A stretch of DNA of 64,000 nt. Source: Patescibacteria group bacterium. Lineage in GTDB: Bacteria; Patescibacteriota; Minisyncoccia; UBA6257; 2-01-FULL-56-20. Below, one piece after another: positions 58,426-64,000 of the stretch. Under the pieces are notes generated by a model. It was not told the DNA's origin. It ran no database searches and saw only the letters and a list, made by a program, of their open reading frames with translations. How positions within the stretch are numbered: the first letter of the stretch is position 1; each line of letters starts with the position of its first letter. A program made the translations under genes and the position numbers. The stretch lies in NCBI GenBank assembly GCA_024654525.1, contig JANLHI010000013.1, forward strand, positions 18,036 through 82,035, given 5' to 3'.

Positions 58426-58719
58426 CTATTTAAAAACCGGAGGCACTTTCAAGTAACCGTTTTCCTTTTCCGGAAACAACTCTTCACCCGCGCCTCGGTT
58501 GGTGCTTTCGCGCTCGGTGTCATCGCGGAATACGTTTATAAGAGTAGTTCCACCCGTAAGCGGTGTAACGTTTGTTACTTCGAGCTCTTTTAGAGAGTCA
58601 AAATATCCAAGAATTGCACTAAGGTCCTTAAGGAGTTTAGCCTCTTCCGTGGGGTCAAGCTTGATTCGCGCGAGCTCTGCGAGATGTTCAAGGTCTTTTG
58701 TGGAGATTATATCGGACAT
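58426..58719 (-). CDS. gatC: Asp/Glu-tRNA amidotransferase subunit C
   Basis: HLAELARI, NVFRDD, YLKVPPVF; upstream of gatA. Confidence 0.95.
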   Translation of the reverse strand: MSDIISTKDLEHLAELARIKLDPTEEAKLLKDLSAILGYFDSLKELEVTNVTPLTGGTTLINVFRDDTERESTNRGAGEELFPEKENGYLKVPPVFK

Positions 58720-58784
58720 TCCCTGCATTTTACATGTGCTGTGGGGAAATACAAAATCACGCCGATAAAAATAAGTCCGAATGA

Positions 58785-60173
58785 TTATCGGAGTTTGCGC
58801 ACCAATTCTTTGAATTGTTCTCCGCGGTCGGCGTAGTCCTTAAACATATCGAAGCTTGTGGCGCCGGGAGAGAAAAGGATAGTGGTAAATTTTGAATTTG
58901 TTTGCGTATCGGCAGGGTAGGGAGTTTTAAGTTTGGAATAACGATATGCAATGTGCACCGCATTTTTTAGACTACTTGCTACTTGCAGTTCGCAATTCGT
59001 CCCCTGAAGCGCATGTTTAATCTTGTGTGTATTTTCTCCCATAAGCACTACGAGTTTCACCGGATGTTTTTTTAGTGCGTTTGCAAGCGGAGCGTAGTCA
59101 AGATTTTTATCTTGCCCTCCGACAATTACCACCACGGGAATTTTGAGTTTTATACGCAAGTTGGCGGGTTGAATTTGGAATGACTGTATTGCGGCAGCGG
59201 TCGTATGGGGATTGGTTGATGAAGAATCGTTATAAAAACGAACACCGTGAAGCGTACGGACAAGTTCAAGGCGGTGTTCATTGCCCCGAAATGACATCAC
59301 GGTGCGTGTAATAACTGCACGCGAAATTTTAAGCGATCGAGCAATCGTTGCCGCCATTACGGCATTTTTAAAATTATGCATGCCCACGAGTTTTAGATCA
59401 CCAAGAGAGAATATATCGAATTGTGTTTCGTCCACCGCTATTTTTTTCCCCGGACTTTGATATGCAATGCGCCGACTTATAGGATTTTTTGCGAAGAAAA
59501 ATATCGAGTCAGCTTTTTTTTGATGAAACGCAATGTTTTCTTTCGCACGGTAGTATTCCGTCACGCTTGTGTGTGCATCTTGGTGGTCGGGGAACATATC
59601 GAGTACGGCGGCAATATGAGGAGATTGGTTGAGATCTTGAAGCTGAAAGCTGGAAAGTTCCAATATTATACAACTGGTAGCGGGTAGTGAGTAGTGAGTA
59701 GATAAAAGATCGAGGGCGGGTTTGCCGATATTTCCGGCGAGATACACTTTCTTTCCCGCCGCTTTGAGTATTTTGTAGAGGAGCGTGCAGGTAGTACCTT
59801 TTCCTTTCGTGCCGGTGACGCCGATAATGCATGGTGATTGATAGGTGGTAGGTGGTAGGTTTTGGAGGAAGCGTGAGTTCAATTCTTCAAAAAATAATTT
59901 GGTTGCACTCGAAATTTCCACACCATGTTTTTTTGCGGCTTGGATTTCTGGAAGGAGATATGGAATTCCCGGAGAGCGGAATATTATGTTGAATTCCTTG
60001 AGGTGTTCGAGATATTGAGATCCCAAATATGCATGTATGCCGCGGGGAAGCGCGAGTTTTTTCCGTTTATCAAGCATCCATACTTCAGCGTTTTTAAATT
60101 TGGGTGATTGTTTGAAAAAGCGAAGTAGTGACTGTCCCTCGCGCCCAAACCCCAAGATGGCGATTTTTAGCAT
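58785..60173 (-). CDS. murD: UDP-N-acetylmuramoyl-L-alanine--D-glutamate ligase
   Basis: RSPGIP, GVTGTKGKGTT, GNIG, ELSSFQL, DHQDAH, HRLE, FYNDSSST, FSPGATSFDMFKDYADRG. Confidence 0.96.
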   Translation of the reverse strand: MLKIAILGFGREGQSLLRFFKQSPKFKNAEVWMLDKRKKLALPRGIHAYLGSQYLEHLKEFNIIFRSPGIPYLLPEIQAAKKHGVEISSATKLFFEELNSRFLQNLPPTTYQSPCIIGVTGTKGKGTTCTLLYKILKAAGKKVYLAGNIGKPALDLLSTHYSLPATSCIILELSSFQLQDLNQSPHIAAVLDMFPDHQDAHTSVTEYYRAKENIAFHQKKADSIFFFAKNPISRRIAYQSPGKKIAVDETQFDIFSLGDLKLVGMHNFKNAVMAATIARSLKISRAVITRTVMSFRGNEHRLELVRTLHGVRFYNDSSSTNPHTTAAAIQSFQIQPANLRIKLKIPVVVIVGGQDKNLDYAPLANALKKHPVKLVVLMGENTHKIKHALQGTNCELQVASSLKNAVHIAYRYSKLKTPYPADTQTNSKFTTILFSPGATSFDMFKDYADRGEQFKELVRKLR

Positions 60174-60202
60174 TTCCTACATCATTCCATTGAATTGATA
60201 CT

Positions 60203-60230
60203 TTGACAATCTTGGTTTAAAACGTATAAT
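60203..60230 (+). promoter_or_regulatory. promoter TTGACA-16-TATAAT for the tRNA-fMet gene
   Basis: hexamers at 60203-60208 and 60225-60230; tRNA starts 6 nt after the -10. Confidence 0.8.
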
Positions 60231-60235
60231 TTCCC

Positions 60236-60310
60236 CGCGGGGTGGAGCAGCCCGGTTAGCTCGTCAGGCCCATAACCTGAAGGTCGCTGGTTCAAATCCA
60301 GCCCCCGCAA
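60236..60310 (+). tRNA. initiator tRNA-fMet (CAT)
   Basis: C1xA72 mismatch, A11-U24, anticodon arm TCAGG-CCCATAA-CCTGA. Confidence 0.92.
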
Positions 60311-60543
60311 CATGCTTCGGTTTCATGGTGAGAGGGACATGTCATTTTTTACTAAAAATATGCATTCTATCTCCTCACCTGCGTTCGTCCGATACGCCCT
60401 CTCAACATGAAATCCTCCGCTTTTATTTTTCTGCTGAAAACACGCCTAAATTTTGTCGTTAAGCTTCTCTGATTACCCTCTCTAAAATAAAAACCTTCGC
60501 TATTCTCATTTCCCCTTTTTCTTGATATTGTGGAAACGCAATT

Positions 60544-60618
60544 GCCGATGTAGCTCAGTGGCAGAGCAGACGTTTCATAAGCGTCAGGTCGCAGGTTCGA
60601 TCCCTGCCGTCGGCACCA
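60544..60618 (+). tRNA. tRNA with CAT anticodon (elongator Met most likely; Ile2 not excluded)
   Basis: GCCGATG/CGTCGGC, GACGT-TTCATAA-GCGTC, A73, CCA encoded. Confidence 0.88.
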
Positions 60619-60663
60619 AAATACAAACCCGCCAAATGATTGGCGGGTTTGTATTTTGGTGCC
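60612..60663 (+). terminator. terminator hairpin whose stem extends into the tRNA 3' end
   Basis: GGCACCAAAATACAAACCCGCCAA-atga-TTGGCGGGTTTGTATTTTGGTGCC. Confidence 0.85.
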
Positions 60664-60865
60664 ACTGCGGACTCGGTTTTGCGAAAACTATTTTTGGGAT
60701 GAAAAGGATTTTCGCACAATCTCGACTGAATTTTTGTCCGTCCGCAGGAGGGGCTTTGGCCGTAAGCTCATCCGAACGGGTGTGGCTGCCTCGTCGAGAC
60801 GACGAGTCGAGGCCTGGCCAAGGGCGGCAGCGAGGCGAACGAGGAATGCGGGCAGAAAATATATT

Positions 60866-61288
60866 TTAATTTACCTCAGAATTGAGTATCGCGATTAAAT
60901 CTTCCCGAGTCTTATACAAGTAAACCCCCACATTTTTGTTTCCCTTTATCATTGCTGAAAGTTTCAAGGTATCTTCTCCGTTATAGAGAGCGATGACTTT
61001 TTTATTTAAATGAATCGCTTGCGCAATAAGATATCCTACGCCCAGGCTTGGCGTGGTTACTTCAGCGACGACTACGTCGCTTTTGTGAAGTGTATCAAGC
61101 TCCCGATCGTGGATTTCTTCTTTTTCCAGATCAGTTTCGCCGTATTCGCCGAGAGATTTGTCCGCCACATGTTCCGAAAGAACAGTTCCATACTGCTCAA
61201 GGATTTCTACAATCTCAGCATAGTGCGGCTGGTTAACTCTTCCCCCGCGAATTGAGCCCATAAAAAAGATTTTTTTATCAGTTTTCAT
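60866..61288 (-). CDS. 2'-deoxynucleoside 5'-phosphate N-hydrolase (DNPH1/RCL; nucleoside deoxyribosyltransferase family)
   Basis: IFFMGSIRGGR, YGTVLSEHV, IHDRE, VVAEVTTPSLGVGY, LSAMIKG. Confidence 0.88.
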   Translation of the reverse strand: MKTDKKIFFMGSIRGGRVNQPHYAEIVEILEQYGTVLSEHVADKSLGEYGETDLEKEEIHDRELDTLHKSDVVVAEVTTPSLGVGYLIAQAIHLNKKVIALYNGEDTLKLSAMIKGNKNVGVYLYKTREDLIAILNSEVN

Positions 61289-62091
61289 TTTTTGATGAAG
61301 AGAAGACTTTTATCTTTTGCCTTTGGCCATATCGACAGGAAAAGATTTTGCTGCATGGCGTAGAGAGCAATGTCCTCAATAAGGATTGCGGTTGGCTCGC
61401 GCTCATCATAGCTCGCGTAGAGTATTTTACCGTCGTAGAGCATGAGGTCAACGTCAAAGTGCTTCACGATTTTTTCTTCTACGCTTTTGAACTTCGTGAA
61501 ATCATCATATTTTCTTTTTGAAAAGTAGTGTGCCGATTCCTTGTTTTCAGAAAATATGATATTTTTTTGTATTTTCTTCATAATCCGCCTCTGCTCATGG
61601 AGCTCCCGTACCTCAAGTCCGGGTTTCTTCTTTCCCAGTGTTTCGTACGCAAGAATTATTTTTGGCCGGGAAATGATGATGTCCTCAAGTGCTTTTCTGT
61701 ATTCTTCAATGCCCTCAAAGATTCGCACGCCCGGACGAACTCCCCCGAGTCGGTACCGGGTTTTAAGCTCGGGGATAATTTCTCGTACTGCGTGAGCTTG
61801 TTTCTCAAATTCCTTTTCCCGCTCAGCGAGAAGTTCATACAACCGCTCCGGATTCTCTGCGATGTAGAGTGTGCGCCATTTGTCTTTTGAGGTAGAAACC
61901 AACCCCTTCTGGGAGAGCTGGTTCAGCACGTAATAGAGCATGGTGCGTGGGAAAGGAGAACGAGTGGCGAGTTCTTGCACCGTGCTTTTCGGATATTTAA
62001 GCATAACCGAGTAAAGCAGGGCTTCGTTTTCACTTAAGCCGAGCTTTTCTAAAACGCCCACTATATTGTTCTTTTGTTTTGTGTTTTTCAT
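61285..62091 (-). CDS. TrmB-family transcriptional regulator
   Basis: LEKLGLSENEALLY...RTMLYYVLNQLSQKGLV wHTH; PGVRIFEGIE; C-terminal LYDGKI...AILIED. Confidence 0.88.
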   Translation of the reverse strand: MKNTKQKNNIVGVLEKLGLSENEALLYSVMLKYPKSTVQELATRSPFPRTMLYYVLNQLSQKGLVSTSKDKWRTLYIAENPERLYELLAEREKEFEKQAHAVREIIPELKTRYRLGGVRPGVRIFEGIEEYRKALEDIIISRPKIILAYETLGKKKPGLEVRELHEQRRIMKKIQKNIIFSENKESAHYFSKRKYDDFTKFKSVEEKIVKHFDVDLMLYDGKILYASYDEREPTAILIEDIALYAMQQNLFLSIWPKAKDKSLLFIKK

Positions 62092-62299
62092 ATTGTAATT
62101 CCCTCGGTCTTTTAATGGTTGTAAAATAGATATTTACAAACTACCCATGAATCAGTTGAAGTTTCAGCACTATACAATAAGCTCTCCCTAGCTGTCAAGA
62201 ACCTATTTGAACCCGCCGTGTGGCAGGTGTAAGAGTTGGATTGACAGGTTTTTTGATAAAAACAGGTGGCGACAGCCCGCTTGTAAATTAGGAAAAAGT

Positions 62300-62878
62300 A
62301 TGAAAAATCAAACACAAACATTTCATCTTAGCCAAGTCCTTGATGTGTTAGCGCAACGTCTCATCTCTCACACTTCAAAAATCGACGGTCTGGTTGAAAT
62401 ACTTGAGTTCATGACTGGTGATAAAATCTTAGACTTCAATCATTTTCGGATGCTGAAGGACGCATGCGAGGACGCTCTGCTCCAGAAATTTCCAGTGCTC
62501 GGCTCGCCCGAGATGGAAGCGGCGTGGAAGAAGTTGGAGGAGGCGATAAGGGCACAGAAAATCGAACCTACTGATGAAGGGTGCAGCATGTTGCGGAAAA
62601 TAAACAATGATTGGTTGGCGAAAATAGGCGACGGTACCTTCGGTGTTAGGCTGGTCTTGTGTGACCCGCCCTCAGAAGAGGAAGTTCGTACGCGGTGGGA
62701 TTTGTCTTTCATTTTGGGTAGATTGCCTGATAGTCCACACAAATTCCCGCCCCCGATATGTGACTACTTCCTCGAAGTGGCGCAACTGTCGGCAGGTGAG
62801 CACACGCACGTCAACCCGATTCAACAACTCATCGCCATGACGCCGCCCGAGAAGCTCGTCCACGTAATTCTCCCTTGA
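62300..62878 (+). CDS. hypothetical protein resembling a phage-associated family
   Basis: FHLSQVL...RLIS...IDGLVEILEFMTGD...LLQKFPVL and HTHVNPIQQL recall a phage hypothetical family (from memory, not searched). Confidence 0.6.
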   Translation: MKNQTQTFHLSQVLDVLAQRLISHTSKIDGLVEILEFMTGDKILDFNHFRMLKDACEDALLQKFPVLGSPEMEAAWKKLEEAIRAQKIEPTDEGCSMLRKINNDWLAKIGDGTFGVRLVLCDPPSEEEVRTRWDLSFILGRLPDSPHKFPPPICDYFLEVAQLSAGEHTHVNPIQQLIAMTPPEKLVHVILP

Positions 62879-62979
62879 AGAATGGCAAATATGGTCAAGG
62901 ATGGCCGCACAAATTGCTGTGCGCCCTCCGACCAAACTCATGAGTACAGAAAGTAATTGAAACTAACGAAAGAAAAGAT

Positions 62980-63744
62980 ATGAAAAGTATGTCATTCGAC
63001 CAGGCGATTGCTGCTTGGCAAAAACGGGAACCCACGAAGCCTCCGCTCACATTGCCGACCCGCCTGCGCGCGGTTGTAGTATGGATGGCGGCGAATACGA
63101 AATTCGCTCAGGGCGTGAAGAGAAATCAAACAACTCGGGAACTAGCTCTGCTTATGCGAGACTACTTTCGAGCTTTCGCGCTTATGGTCGCGCAGTACCC
63201 GAGGCGGAGTGTTGCGCTTGGAATCGCGATCAACTATCCCCCCGGATCATGTACGCGGTGTGGGAAGGACCGATGTAAGTGTCCGCCGGGTCTCAAAACC
63301 AAAATTTTGGACCAGGAGATCAATCCAGAATGGCTGAAAGAGTCTATTTACTCTGTGCAGACGCGCATGCGCAAACTTTACCATGCCGCCAATATGTTAA
63401 ATGGAGGATGGTGGAATATGCTCGCGCGATATTACCTCGAGGTCCACGAGGCATTCGATGAGGATTTAGCCGAGATGGCCGAGTCGCTTAGATTGCTCAC
63501 AGAGGGCGACAACAGCCAATTAAATGGGGATCCGGATGAGAGACAATCTGAAGAAAGCCTCATCAAAAAGAACATAGAGTTTGGGGATTTGATGATTTGG
63601 CTAGCAGTTGTAGCCAACATGCTCGATATCCCGTTAAACAAAGTCGCAGATCCCGAATGGGATATGACCAGCTTCGTCTTTGCAGACGAAATCAAACTGG
63701 CACAGGGCGAGTTCGAGATCAGCGATCAATCACTATCAGTCTAA
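62980..63744 (+). CDS. MazG-like nucleotide pyrophosphohydrolase with central Cys cluster
   Basis: YPPGSCTRCGKDRCKC; LEVHE; EFGDLMIWLAVVANMLDIPL. Confidence 0.65.
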   Translation: MKSMSFDQAIAAWQKREPTKPPLTLPTRLRAVVVWMAANTKFAQGVKRNQTTRELALLMRDYFRAFALMVAQYPRRSVALGIAINYPPGSCTRCGKDRCKCPPGLKTKILDQEINPEWLKESIYSVQTRMRKLYHAANMLNGGWWNMLARYYLEVHEAFDEDLAEMAESLRLLTEGDNSQLNGDPDERQSEESLIKKNIEFGDLMIWLAVVANMLDIPLNKVADPEWDMTSFVFADEIKLAQGEFEISDQSLSV

Positions 63745-63761
63745 TAGGAAGGAGACGAATC

Positions 63762-64000
63762 ATGGAAACAAATGAGAATAAGTTCGAAAACTTGATCCGT
63801 GTCAATCTGTCGGTCCGTCCGGTCTATCCTGCCTGGGTGAAGGAGGTAATGCATCCCCACCTCGAAATGACGGGTCTTGCCGAATATTATCTTCGTACCC
63901 TGGGACGGTGGCTGCCGACGGAGAACTATAAGGGGTGCTCTACGTCCGGTTCTATATACAGAGAACTTGTGCAAAAGGCTCTTATCAAGGACTGTTTCGG
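63762..64000 (+). CDS. hypothetical protein, partial (runs off the window)
   Basis: AAGGAG SD then METNENKFENLIRVNLSVRPVYPAWVKEVMHPHLE..., open to the window end. Confidence 0.65.
   Translation, partial: METNENKFENLIRVNLSVRPVYPAWVKEVMHPHLEMTGLAEYYLRTLGRWLPTENYKGCSTSGSIYRELVQKALIKDCF

Noticed and set aside
60522-60898. ORFs 60522..60869 and 60656..60898
   Set aside because: They overlap a tRNA, its terminator and GC-rich hairpins; likely non-coding.
62200-64000. Prophage
   Set aside because: One phage-like hypothetical only; no integrase, terminase or structural genes within the window.

Overview
The window looks like a chromosomal segment of a Patescibacteria (CPR, probably Parcubacteria) genome using genetic code 11. 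This taxonomy is an inference from gene content: a monoderm type IV pilus operon without PilQ, GWAWS-repeat surface proteins, the large Cys-rich zinc-ribbon protein, and tRNA-Arg(GCG). Core genes are recA, rodZ-like, ftsK, PMM/PGM, iscS, htrA, clpB, HU, an ECF sigma factor, comF, pilM/N/O/B/T/C/A/D plus minor pilins, ligA, hsp20 (with CIRCE), gatA/gatC, murD and five tRNAs. There are three accessory zones: a surface-protein/toxin-antitoxin island between rodZ and recA (1.5-9.9 kb), a GIY-YIG element and cargo at tRNA-Asp (50.8-54.3 kb), and a TrmB/DNPH1/MazG-like block at the right end. The most unusual signals are non-coding or sub-genic. (1) An S-layer-like locus is preceded by a helical-bundle/winged-HTH gene that carries 11 CGGCAA boxes in and around it, two of them at predicted start sites. 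It is followed by a promoter-linked RNA with mutually exclusive terminator/antiterminator folds, and two O-oligosaccharyltransferase-like genes lie downstream. (2) Most genes look leaderless, while four presumably highly expressed genes share AAAGGTCG in their 5' UTRs. (3) An integrase-free element of structured RNA plus GIY-YIG is bounded by a duplication of the tRNA 3' end, and related structured trailers follow other tRNAs. (4) Heptamer-periodic and REP-like palindromes are inserted in frame into housekeeping enzymes. No database searches or folding programs were run; all calls come from reading the sequence.
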